A stretch of 64,000 bases of DNA. It comes from a virus. Lineage: Duplodnaviria; Caudoviricetes. Below are positions 53,529-61,877 of the stretch, piece by piece. The position numbers were made by a program, and so were the translations under genes. The notes beneath the pieces were generated by a model. That model was not told the DNA's origin, did not search any database, and was given only the letters and a program-made list of their open reading frames with translations. The first letter of the stretch is position 1; each line of letters opens with the position of its first letter. The stretch lies in the IMG/VR virus record IMGVR_UViG_2844571421_000002, positions 1 to 64,000 of that record. The stretch is one strand, 5' to 3'.

Positions 53529-53945
53529 CGCGCCCATGTCGATGAAGGAGGAATCGACGGTGAAGGTCCACCAATGCCGGTCGCTCCCGTCAGTGCCGAC
53601 GTAGTTGGGGCTGCCTTCATCCACCTCAATCAGCACGTAGCCCGCGGCATTCACGAGATGCAGCACGTCGAGGGCCGCGAGCGCGAGCGCCTGTCCCTCT
53701 CGGAAGCTCTCACGCGCCGAGCGCACGCGGACCTGACAGGTGACAGTCCGGTACGTCTTGCGGCCCCCGCCGATGTAGCTCTGCGGCGGCTCCCCTCCGG
53801 TTTGCAACACGAAGCACGCAACGTCCGGGACGGTGGCGTCGTCGTCTTCGAGCGTCGGGCCGAGAAACAGGTTGTCACCGGCGCTCAGGTTGAGGCCCCC
53901 AGCGGCGAGAATCGTCGCGAGGTCGGCAGCAGTGTCGCGGGCCAT
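53526..53945 (-). CDS. Tail terminator / completion protein
   Basis: Paralog of 12949-13368. Confidence 0.6.
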   Translation of the reverse strand: MARDTAADLATILAAGGLNLSAGDNLFLGPTLEDDDATVPDVACFVLQTGGEPPQSYIGGGRKTYRTVTCQVRVRSARESFREGQALALAALDVLHLVNAAGYVLIEVDEGSPNYVGTDGSDRHWWTFTVDSSFIDMGA

Positions 53946-54268
53946 TAGAGCCAAACCTTCCGGTAGCGCAGGACGCCCGCCCCGTCGACGTGCTCGTCAA
54001 GGGCGGCAGGGCGACGCGCGTGGTTGAAGTCGGTGATGTCGTCGCCCTTGAACCAAAGCCGGTGACGCAGGGTGACGGGTGCTTCGGTGTAGACGACGAA
54101 GGACGCGACGAACTCGGCGCCGTTGGCATCGCGAATCAGCTTTCGACTCGGCTGGATGCGCGCGGGAGCTTCATGAATGGGACCCAGCAGAGGAGTCCCC
54201 CACGCGTCGCGTCCGACGACTTCGGCGTAGCTCACTCGCTGGCGGAAGAGAGAAGCGGGCCCGCTCAT
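53945..54268 (-). CDS. Head-closure / stopper protein
   Basis: Paralog of 13368-13691. Confidence 0.6.
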   Translation of the reverse strand: MSGPASLFRQRVSYAEVVGRDAWGTPLLGPIHEAPARIQPSRKLIRDANGAEFVASFVVYTEAPVTLRHRLWFKGDDITDFNHARRPAALDEHVDGAGVLRYRKVWL

Positions 54269-54924
54269 CAACTGGCCCTCCACAGGATGTGAGGCGCGAC
54301 GAGCAGCTCGGCGCGGGGGCTCGCAAGCCGCTGGCCCGCGCTTCGCTCCCGGTAGCTCACTGACCAATCCCCGAGACTCTCGCTGGATACGTCCGAGTCA
54401 CGCCCCCGGCCCCGGTAGAGCGCGCAGGCTTCGAGGATGGCGGCGTCTTCGACCTCGGCGGGCAGGGTAACGGGCCCCTGGGACGCATCGAGGGCCACTT
54501 GCCCCGGCGTCACGTAGCCGCCCGTGTACGTCACGGCCAACGCATCGGGGCGCCCCTGCCGCATTTCGACTGTCAGGGTGACGAGCCCGCCGACGCGCGC
54601 CGTTACCGGCCAGAGGCCAGCGAGGCGGTAGAGAAGGCCCCCCGCCGCGAGGTCTCCGGCAAGGGTGTAGCTCGCCGCGTCGAGCAGCTCGCCCCCTTCC
54701 GCCACGCTGAGGACTTCGACGAGCGGCGGGCGGCTCAGGAGGACGTAGGGGCGGCCGTAGCTGTCCGGGTACTCCGTCACCGTGGCCCGCTCGAAGGCCC
54801 GGCCGCACAGCCTCGCGATTGCACTGCTGGCGGAAGTGACGCAGCGCTCGACGTGCGAGTCGGAGGGCACGCCCAGGTCGGCGGCCACGGTAGCGGCAAG
54901 GCAGAGGTCAGTCGGGCGGGCCAT
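54268..54924 (-). CDS. Head-tail adaptor (gp6-like)
   Basis: Paralog of 13691-14347. Confidence 0.7.
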   Translation of the reverse strand: MARPTDLCLAATVAADLGVPSDSHVERCVTSASSAIARLCGRAFERATVTEYPDSYGRPYVLLSRPPLVEVLSVAEGGELLDAASYTLAGDLAAGGLLYRLAGLWPVTARVGGLVTLTVEMRQGRPDALAVTYTGGYVTPGQVALDASQGPVTLPAEVEDAAILEACALYRGRGRDSDVSSESLGDWSVSYRERSAGQRLASPRAELLVAPHILWRAS

Positions 54925-55013
54925 GGAAGGGGCTCAGGACGGCGTAGGAACGACGAAGCCGGGGCCCCCAGGGGAAAGGAGCCCCGGCCCGGGAAATGCG
55001 GCGTGGCGCGGCG

Positions 55014-55427
55014 CTAGGTGGCGGGAATCTCGTCCGGCCCGCACAGGACAACCAGGCTGGACGCGCCGAGCGTGGGGGACGTACCGCCCGTGAGGGCCAC
55101 CGTCTCAACGACGCGAAGGTAGCGCTGCGCGGTGGGGAGCCGGACGTTGACCCGGGCCACCGCGTTGGGGGCCGTGAGGGGGACGACTGCGGCATCGGGC
55201 AGGTCCGTCCAGCCATTCTGGCCATCGGCGCTCTCCTGGAGCTTCGCGGCCAGCGACAGCGCCGTCGGGGCGCCCGTAGCTGCCCCCGTCGAGGCCGTCA
55301 GCACGCACGAGTCGAAGCCGAGGCGGTCGACGGCGGCGCTGTTCCGCGTCCCCGCACTCACAGCGGCGGGCACAGTCCCGGGGCGGATGCCGACGAGCAC
55401 GCCCGCGTCGGTGGAATTGGCGTTCAT
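55014..55427 (-). CDS. Putative capsid decoration protein; start ATG 55427
   Basis: Paralog of 14438-14851, same length. Confidence 0.55.
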   Translation of the reverse strand: MNANSTDAGVLVGIRPGTVPAAVSAGTRNSAAVDRLGFDSCVLTASTGAATGAPTALSLAAKLQESADGQNGWTDLPDAAVVPLTAPNAVARVNVRLPTAQRYLRVVETVALTGGTSPTLGASSLVVLCGPDEIPAT

Positions 55428-55508
55428 GGTGAGGCCCTTCGTTTGGTAAAGAGGAAGCGAAAAACACACCAACCTTCGTGTCTGACAAAACTCATCTCGC
55501 CGACGCGC

Positions 55509-55528
55509 CGTTAGCTCACGCGTTAGGT
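55509..55528 (+). other. 3' half (L'-spacer-R') of an integron attC-like site
   Basis: CGTTAGC-TCACGC-GTTAGGT fits L' plus a 6-nt spacer plus GTTRRRY; no matching RYYYAAC/L'' half is found upstream. Confidence 0.5.
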
Positions 55529-55648
55529 TCGCGATCCTTAGAAGGAGCCAGTGTTGAACGCCCGCTCCGTCGACACCTGCTCGGAGTGGGCAGTTCTGCC
55601 AGGAAGAGATAAGCTGGAAAGCTGAACATCCAGCCTTATTGAGGGCAC

Positions 55649-56008
55649 ATGCCGAATCGGCAACTGAGTACCGATGAGTTGGCGCTCGCCAACAAACTTC
55701 TCGACGAAGTGCGTTCCGAACTCAACCGGCTCGCAGGCGGAGATACGGATTTGCTCTTTGCCTTTCGGAGAAAGATCGCCAAGGAACTCACCTACGACGA
55801 AAGGGACAAGCCAGGCCCACGGCGCGCCCTGAAGGCAAGGATGCGGGCATTGCAGAACAACATTTGCCCCCTCTGCAAAGGAGAACTCCCCGAAAGCTAC
55901 TGCGTGCTGGATCGCTTCAACGCTCCGGACGGATACGTTGAAGCGAATGTCCGGCTGATCTGCGAGCCCTGCGACCGTCGCGTTCAAAAAGAGCGACGCT
56001 TCAAATAG
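55649..56008 (+). CDS. HNH-like zinc-binding nuclease-fold protein (cargo)
   Basis: CPLC...LDRF...GY...NVRLICEPCD; RBS-like GAGG 4 nt before ATG; the usual His of DH is Arg here. Confidence 0.68.
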   Translation: MPNRQLSTDELALANKLLDEVRSELNRLAGGDTDLLFAFRRKIAKELTYDERDKPGPRRALKARMRALQNNICPLCKGELPESYCVLDRFNAPDGYVEANVRLICEPCDRRVQKERRFK

Positions 56009-56041
56009 TGGCAGTGGAATTGGCGTTCATGGTGGGGCCTC

Positions 56042-57130
56042 TCAGGTGTAGGTGATGGAGCTGAACGCCTTCGGCTGGCGGACCTTGAAGTCGCCCTTCA
56101 CGATGGCGCGAACCGTCGTCTCGTCGTACTCCGCCCGCGTGTCGTGCTCGGACAGAATCAAGTCCTCGTCGATTCCGTAGATGAACTGGCGCCAGTCCGC
56201 CGAGAAGGTGATGCGCGACACCGGCACGCGGGTCGTCATCACGAAGGGGAAGCCGCGAATCGTGCCCCTATCCAGCATCTCCTGACGGAACACCCAGACG
56301 CCGGAATTCTGGAGCTGAAGCAGCGCCGTCGCCCGCGTCGGGTGAAGCACCCACGCCGCGTTGCCCATGCGCACATGCGCCGTCAGTGGCAGCTCGACAG
56401 CCTTGTCGATGTCGGCCAGATACGCCGCTGACGTCGTCCCAGTGGAAGCGAAGGTGTGCGCGGCGTCGAGCTGAGCGAAGAGCCCCTTCGGCGCGGCGCC
56501 CGTCCCGTCTCCGTTGAAGCCCGCGTCGTCCAGGCCATCGGCGACCGTCGCCCGGATGTCCTCGCCGACGCCCGCGTCACCCACGCCCGGCGTGCGCAGC
56601 AAGTCGTTGCTGATGTCGGTCAGCACCATGCCCTTGTGGGCCTTGAGGACAATCTTCCCGTACTTCGGCGCGCTCTTCGGCACCGTCTCGCCTTCGCCGA
56701 CCCACTTGAAGACGGACGTCCCGGTTTGCTTGCCCATGTGCAGCTCGCCCTTGAACGTCTGGGTGCGCACGCCCAGCTTGAGCATCGCCGCGTCGGGCCG
56801 GAGGAACTCAATCACTTCGCCGCTCTGCTGGATGGGCACCAGCACACCGGCCGAGTCGAACTTGCTGAGCTGAACGGCCTTCTGGACGTCGGCGTTGCCG
56901 AAGCGCTTCGAGGCGTCGACCAGTTCGGCGGCTCCGGTGCGGCGTCCGGCCGCGATGACGCTCTTCGCGAAGCCGCCGAAGTTCTCAGCGCTCGCGTAGA
57001 CGCCAGTCCCGCGCGGCGCGTTGCCCGGCTCAGCCCGGCCCGGGGCACTTCGAGCGGCGGCGTCCACCAACTCTCGCGCGACCTCGGGGCCGAGCGCCTT
57101 CACCATCTGTGCGATTTGCTCGCGAGTCAT
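56042..57130 (-). CDS. Major capsid protein (HK97 fold)
   Basis: Near-identical to 14863-15951. Confidence 0.88.
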   Translation of the reverse strand: MTREQIAQMVKALGPEVARELVDAAARSAPGRAEPGNAPRGTGVYASAENFGGFAKSVIAAGRRTGAAELVDASKRFGNADVQKAVQLSKFDSAGVLVPIQQSGEVIEFLRPDAAMLKLGVRTQTFKGELHMGKQTGTSVFKWVGEGETVPKSAPKYGKIVLKAHKGMVLTDISNDLLRTPGVGDAGVGEDIRATVADGLDDAGFNGDGTGAAPKGLFAQLDAAHTFASTGTTSAAYLADIDKAVELPLTAHVRMGNAAWVLHPTRATALLQLQNSGVWVFRQEMLDRGTIRGFPFVMTTRVPVSRITFSADWRQFIYGIDEDLILSEHDTRAEYDETTVRAIVKGDFKVRQPKAFSSITYT

Positions 57131-57939
57131 TCTTTCACTCCTCGGATGTAGCCCTTGAATGCCTCGACGAAGCTCTTCGCGGCGTCGGTGGCGTTGAAAC
57201 CCTTCGTCTCTTCCTCTTCCTCGTCACCTTCCGACGGCTCGGCAGGCGGCGGCTCTTCCTCGTCGGGCTCGCTCTTGCGCTCGTCCTCGACGTCTTCTTC
57301 GTCCGCCGACTTCTCTTCGGGCTCGGCTTCCTCTTCGTCCGTCGACTTCGCTTCGGCCCGTGCGTCGAGCAGTTCGACAACGCGCGTTGCAATGCGTTCA
57401 ACGAGGTCGTCGGGCGCTTCGTCCAAGGACTTCGAGCGCACGGCCCGCGAGTTGCCCGGAATCGTTACGACGGAGACTTCGAGCAGTTCCTGTGCGTCGC
57501 AGTCGTAACCGCCGCGCTCGTTCTGCCGGTACTGGCCAGGGAGCATGAGGTAACGGACGGAGACGGCATTCAGGATGCCCTTCGAAACCTTGCGTTCGAC
57601 CTTCTTCGCGAACTCGTCTTCGTCGTCGAACTCGACGTCCACCATCAGGGCATCGCCTTCGACGTAGACGCGCCCCTTCCCGATAGGCAACTGAGGTTCA
57701 GCCCCAGTCAACGAGGCGCTCGCCCCGTCGTCGTGGTTGTAGAGGACGACGCCATTCGCGTTGTAGCCGTCCACCCGCCAGCCTTTGACGTTCAGCCGGT
57801 CCGAGTAGCGGTCGAAGTCGCCGTCACTCGCTTTGAACTTGAAGACGCGCCGTCCGCCAATGGACTCGACGGCGCTCAACGTCGCCGCGTCCTTTCGAAC
57901 GGCGCTCAGCCGCAGGGAGCGTGTAATGGGTCCAGTCAT
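57127..57939 (-). CDS. HK97-family prohead protease
   Basis: Paralog of 15948-16781 with a different acidic tail. Confidence 0.85.
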   Translation of the reverse strand: MTGPITRSLRLSAVRKDAATLSAVESIGGRRVFKFKASDGDFDRYSDRLNVKGWRVDGYNANGVVLYNHDDGASASLTGAEPQLPIGKGRVYVEGDALMVDVEFDDEDEFAKKVERKVSKGILNAVSVRYLMLPGQYRQNERGGYDCDAQELLEVSVVTIPGNSRAVRSKSLDEAPDDLVERIATRVVELLDARAEAKSTDEEEAEPEEKSADEEDVEDERKSEPDEEEPPPAEPSEGDEEEEETKGFNATDAAKSFVEAFKGYIRGVKE

Positions 57940-57946
57940 GCACCCG

Positions 57947-57977
57947 GTAAATGCGTGCGACTTCTGCGGATGGCTCA
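57947..57977 (-). promoter_or_regulatory. Putative phage-sigma promoter for protease and capsid
   Basis: Identical to 16789-16819. Confidence 0.72.
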
Positions 57978-59333
57978 GCCGTCCTTCGTCGCCTCGGCAT
58001 GCGCTTCCGCCGAGCTGCCTTCAATGGGCGTCGGCGTCTCGCCGGGCTCGTTGGGCTTCTGGCCCGGCAACAGCTCCGCGAAGCCTTGCCGCTCCGGGTG
58101 AGGCTTGAAGCCCGCTTCGACTCGCCACTCGTCGAAGGTGAAGGCGCTCGGGAGCGTGCCCATCACCCGCAGCCGGTGCTCACGGTCGGCAGGCACGGGA
58201 GAGTCGTAGGAGAGAAGCACGTCGTCTTCGAAGCGGGGTGCCAGGTGCTTTTGCATCGACGCGAGGAAGACTTCGGCGCGCGGCTTCGTCGCCTGTTCGG
58301 CCAGGTGCTCACGCGCCGCGTAGCTGGTCGCCTTGTTGCTGCTCGTCACGTCGCCCACAATCTCCGGGGGCACCCGGTACACCATCCGCACGAAGTCCAT
58401 GAGGAAGCGGCGGAGGTCGACGAGCTGCATGTCGCGGAAGGGCGTATCCAGCCGGGCAAACGTCGTGCGCCCGCTCGTAATCATCACCCGGCCTGCGTTG
58501 GCGGGGCCCCCGTACTCTCGCGCGAGCGACTCTTTGAAGGCCCTGGCAGGCCCGGCCTGCGCCTCGTTGAAGCCCTCAATCGCGATGACGGCCCCCGGGA
58601 GCATGTTGTTGAAGAAGGCATTCTTCGTGAAGCGCGCCGCGTGCTCGTCGGTGTCGACCTCGTCGCCCAGGGCATAGGCGATGCCGATACCGCGGCCAAG
58701 CGGGTCAGCCGGGTTCAGGCGCTTCACGTAGATGACGCTCGCCGCAGGGAGGAGGAATGTCCGCCCGCCAGCGGCCACGGTGTACGTCCGTTCCGACTTC
58801 GGCTTGCTCAGGTCCGGTAGCGCGAGGACGCAATCGGGCGGCACGGGCCACAGGCCCACCGGGACGCCTGCCAGCTCTTCGACGACGGCGAAGAACTCGC
58901 CCGTCAGGTCGTAGTGAAGACAGAAGAGCTTCGCGAAGTCCCGGCCCGTCATGTAGTCGTTCGGGTCCGCAAGCAGCCGTAACAGGGGATGGTCGGGCAG
59001 TTCCACCGCGCCCCCCGTCTCGACGAGCGACTTCAGCCTCTCACGGCGCACGTCGCCACAGGCCCGCCGCAGCGACACGTCGACAAGCGTCTTCCGCGTC
59101 GCGGGGTCCTGCCGCGTGAAGGCCCGCCACGTCACGTCCGCGAAGGCATCGCCCACCGTATCGACGATGGTCCCCAGCCACGGCATCTCGGCGTAGGCCG
59201 CGAGCAGCGCGGGCACCTCCCGACGCGGCGGGGCCGAAGCCCAACGGCTCAGCTCCAGCCCCGTTCCCTTGCGCTTGCTGCCCCCGCGAAACGCGGCGCG
59301 CATCCTGTCCAGCATCCCCATGGAGAACCTCAC
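57975..59333 (-). CDS. Portal protein
   Basis: Paralog of 16817-18175. Confidence 0.88.
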   Translation of the reverse strand: MRFSMGMLDRMRAAFRGGSKRKGTGLELSRWASAPPRREVPALLAAYAEMPWLGTIVDTVGDAFADVTWRAFTRQDPATRKTLVDVSLRRACGDVRRERLKSLVETGGAVELPDHPLLRLLADPNDYMTGRDFAKLFCLHYDLTGEFFAVVEELAGVPVGLWPVPPDCVLALPDLSKPKSERTYTVAAGGRTFLLPAASVIYVKRLNPADPLGRGIGIAYALGDEVDTDEHAARFTKNAFFNNMLPGAVIAIEGFNEAQAGPARAFKESLAREYGGPANAGRVMITSGRTTFARLDTPFRDMQLVDLRRFLMDFVRMVYRVPPEIVGDVTSSNKATSYAAREHLAEQATKPRAEVFLASMQKHLAPRFEDDVLLSYDSPVPADREHRLRVMGTLPSAFTFDEWRVEAGFKPHPERQGFAELLPGQKPNEPGETPTPIEGSSAEAHAEATKDG

Positions 59334-60745
59334 ACCGCGAAGAACTGTTCGACGAAGACCAAGTCATGAACGCCCCAGCAGAAGGCGTCGGCCCGGTCAT
59401 CTCTGCGCCCGTTGATGCCGGTGAACTTGCTGAGCTGTGCTTCCAGCTTCGGGAAGGTGCCGACGAACTCGACGCGGCCCGCTTCGGCCAGGGCGGACAC
59501 AGGCTCCGCGCGCTTGCTCTTCGCGCTCGTCGCCCGCACGGGCTTCACATTGACGCTGACGCCCATTTCGCTCGCGACGGTACTGATGAGCGTCTCCACC
59601 ATCTCCCCGCCCGTGTTCACCTCGACAACGAGCGCGTCACACCCCCATTCGAGATAGGCCCGGATGGCTGTCGTCGCCCACTCGCGAGGACTGGCCCGGC
59701 GCGACAGGTCGGCCAACACCGAAACGCGCTTGAGCGGAACACCATCGGCCCCGAAGAGCACGCTCGACTTGCACCCCTGCACGATGATGCCCGTTTCGTC
59801 CGAGCCGGTTTCGCTCGTAGGGCTCGGGTCCACACTGACGATGCGCCTGTCGAGCTGCTGCGCGTACTCGTGCGGGTCGACCTCCACGCGGCCCCACTTC
59901 GCCGAGCCGAAGATGGCCCCGGGCACGTCGAAGAGCAGGCGGCCGAGAACCTCTTGCTGTCCCCAGCGGGTGTTCGCCAGCGCCCGCATGTTGGCCACGG
60001 CCGACGGCGCCAGGTTCGCGGAGTTGCTCAGCGAAGAGCCTGTGCGAAGCACCACGCCCGGCTTGAGTTCCTGCGTCTCCGCGTTCGCGAAGAGCAGCTC
60101 TTCAATCTTCTTCAGCGGGCGCGGCGTCCCGGTGAGGAGAAGCTGCGGCGGGTCCTCTCGCGAGCCGATGCGCAACACCAGCGGCAGTTGGTCAACCGCG
60201 GCCATGTCGTGTTTCCACGAAGCGGGCTCGTCGCCCCAGCCCCATCCGGCATTCGGGCCGCGCAGCCGGTCGGGCTTATCCGCCGAGTAGCAGATGGCAT
60301 AGACGCCGTTGGGCCACGTCACCCGGCGCTTGCTGGGCTCGTACTTGGGCGTGAACCACGGAGGCGACAGGGCGAGGATGCCGGACGCGCCGCGAATCAT
60401 GGTGTCGCGCACGTCCGCCGCCGTCGGGCCGATGAGGGCCCCGACACTCTTCGCCTGCCACGCCTTTTTGATGACCCAGCGCGCCCCGCACCACGTCTTC
60501 CCGAAGCCGCGCCCAGCCATGACGAAACAGGTCGAGAACTTGTCCGGGGGCGACTGCTCGCGACGGGCCCAGAAGTCGAGGTCGTAGACGAGCAGCTCAA
60601 CTTCCTTGTCGTCGAGCCCGCCGAAGAGCTTCGCGAGCTGAGCGCGGGAGCCGGCCGTTTGCACCATCCGCGATGCGGGCGACTCGTGCGGCGCGAGCCC
60701 TTCGGCGAACTTCCCCCATGCGCCCTTCGACAGAAGGCTACGCAT
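59330..60745 (-). CDS. terL: Terminase large subunit; start ATG 60745
   Basis: Same motifs as 18172-19587. Confidence 0.92.
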   Translation of the reverse strand: MRSLLSKGAWGKFAEGLAPHESPASRMVQTAGSRAQLAKLFGGLDDKEVELLVYDLDFWARREQSPPDKFSTCFVMAGRGFGKTWCGARWVIKKAWQAKSVGALIGPTAADVRDTMIRGASGILALSPPWFTPKYEPSKRRVTWPNGVYAICYSADKPDRLRGPNAGWGWGDEPASWKHDMAAVDQLPLVLRIGSREDPPQLLLTGTPRPLKKIEELLFANAETQELKPGVVLRTGSSLSNSANLAPSAVANMRALANTRWGQQEVLGRLLFDVPGAIFGSAKWGRVEVDPHEYAQQLDRRIVSVDPSPTSETGSDETGIIVQGCKSSVLFGADGVPLKRVSVLADLSRRASPREWATTAIRAYLEWGCDALVVEVNTGGEMVETLISTVASEMGVSVNVKPVRATSAKSKRAEPVSALAEAGRVEFVGTFPKLEAQLSKFTGINGRRDDRADAFCWGVHDLVFVEQFFAV

Positions 60746-61214
60746 CGCTGGCCCCCTTGTCCTCGAGCTGCTCGGACGGCGCCGCTTCGGCAGGCGGGGA
60801 CGCTGGCGGCTCGTCCGGGAGGAACTTCCCCAGCCGGTCAATCAGTAGCTCGCGCAGCGCGGCAGTGTCGGCGGCCTGGTCCTCGGGGCTCTTCGCCTCG
60901 ACGTTGTCGCGTCGCCCGTACAGTTCCGGGAAGCGGCGGCTCAAGAGCCACTGGACGTGCTTGGGGTTCGTCGTCGACGCGGCCTGGAGTGTCTCCGTTG
61001 CCCCCTGCATGAACTCCGCTTCGGCTCGGTTCACCGCGACGAAGAACTCGCGGTAGAGCCCGCGCGCCTCGCTCGCGCCCCGGTGGAACCAACGAGAAAC
61101 GGTCTGCTCGTCGACGCCCACGAGGCCCGCCGCCGCTCGACGGAAGAGGCCCGAGCGCAAGTGCTCGCAGATTTGCTGTTGAAGCTCAGGTGTGAGTTTG
61201 GTCGGTCGCGCCAC
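60738..61214 (-). CDS. terS: Terminase small subunit
   Basis: Near-identical to 19580-20056. Confidence 0.8.
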   Translation of the reverse strand: MARPTKLTPELQQQICEHLRSGLFRRAAAGLVGVDEQTVSRWFHRGASEARGLYREFFVAVNRAEAEFMQGATETLQAASTTNPKHVQWLLSRRFPELYGRRDNVEAKSPEDQAADTAALRELLIDRLGKFLPDEPPASPPAEAAPSEQLEDKGASDA

Positions 61215-61219
61215 ACCCG

Positions 61220-61250
61220 GTAAATGCGTGCGGTTTCGCGAAGTTTTTCG
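61220..61250 (-). promoter_or_regulatory. Putative phage-sigma promoter for terminase
   Basis: CGAAAA-ACTTCGCGAAAC-CGCACGCATTTAC, 5 nt before GTG 61214; lies in the conserved block 61220-61327. Confidence 0.6.
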
Positions 61251-61505
61251 GGGGAGCGCTCAACAAAACGCATCGACCCCACGTTTTTTCTCAGAATTTT
61301 TCGAAAGTGGGGGCGCTCCGAGCAAGCCGGAATTCCGCCAGTGAAAGGAAATCCACGCCGGGGGGCGGACAACAAAGCCCAGATATGCACATCTGCCCAG
61401 ATCTACCTACGTCTGCCGACACAGCCCCTCGCAGCAACCCGCAAAGCTAGACGCCCGCTCTTTAACCTTACGTAAAAGCGTCCCAGCGGATACTCTTGAT
61501 CTCCT

Positions 61506-61850
61506 ATGAAGCTAACTACCGTGTTCTTTACCGGGCTCGCCGCCTACGTCGGGGCTCGCGCCCTTTTCAGCGAGCCTCGCAAGGCGAAGCGACGCCGCTC
61601 GCTCGCTGTGCCCGGGGTTTATCAGTTGGTAGGCCAGAACAATTGCGTTCGGTACGGACAAGCCGAGGACATCGAGCAGCGCGCCCGTGTCTCAGCCCGT
61701 AGTAACGAAGCGTGTCTGGGACCTGCCCCTGAGATCAGGATCGTGCGGCGCGAGCCCAACAGAGCGAGGCGACTCAGACTTGAAAAACGCCTCATCCAGC
61801 GCCACCGAGAGAGAGCCCCCGAGCAAGTATGCAACCGGGTCGACTGGTAG
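61506..61850 (+). CDS. Small GIY-YIG-like protein with N-terminal hydrophobic anchor (cargo)
   Basis: PGVYQL...YGQAEDIEQR...LEKRLI...CN follows the GIY-YIG order; N-terminus TVFFTGLAAYVGARALF is followed by basic RKAKRRR. Confidence 0.55.
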   Translation: MKLTTVFFTGLAAYVGARALFSEPRKAKRRRSLAVPGVYQLVGQNNCVRYGQAEDIEQRARVSARSNEACLGPAPEIRIVRREPNRARRLRLEKRLIQRHRERAPEQVCNRVDW

Positions 61851-61877
61851 AGATCGAGTTTCAGATACGCCTGGACC

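Larger units (their letters stand above)
55411..56039. mobile_element. About 0.6-kb insertion absent from prophage 1, flanked by 26-bp direct repeats
   Basis: GTGGAATTGGCGTTCATGGTGRGGCC at 55411-55436 and 56014-56039 (1 mismatch); prophage 1 has a single copy near 14835-14860. Confidence 0.85.

Noticed and set aside
55538-55987. Minus-strand 149-aa ORF inside the insertion as the real cassette gene
   Set aside because: It has no motifs, whereas the overlapping plus-strand ORF has an RBS, two CxxC pairs and the orientation expected from the L'-R' half site.
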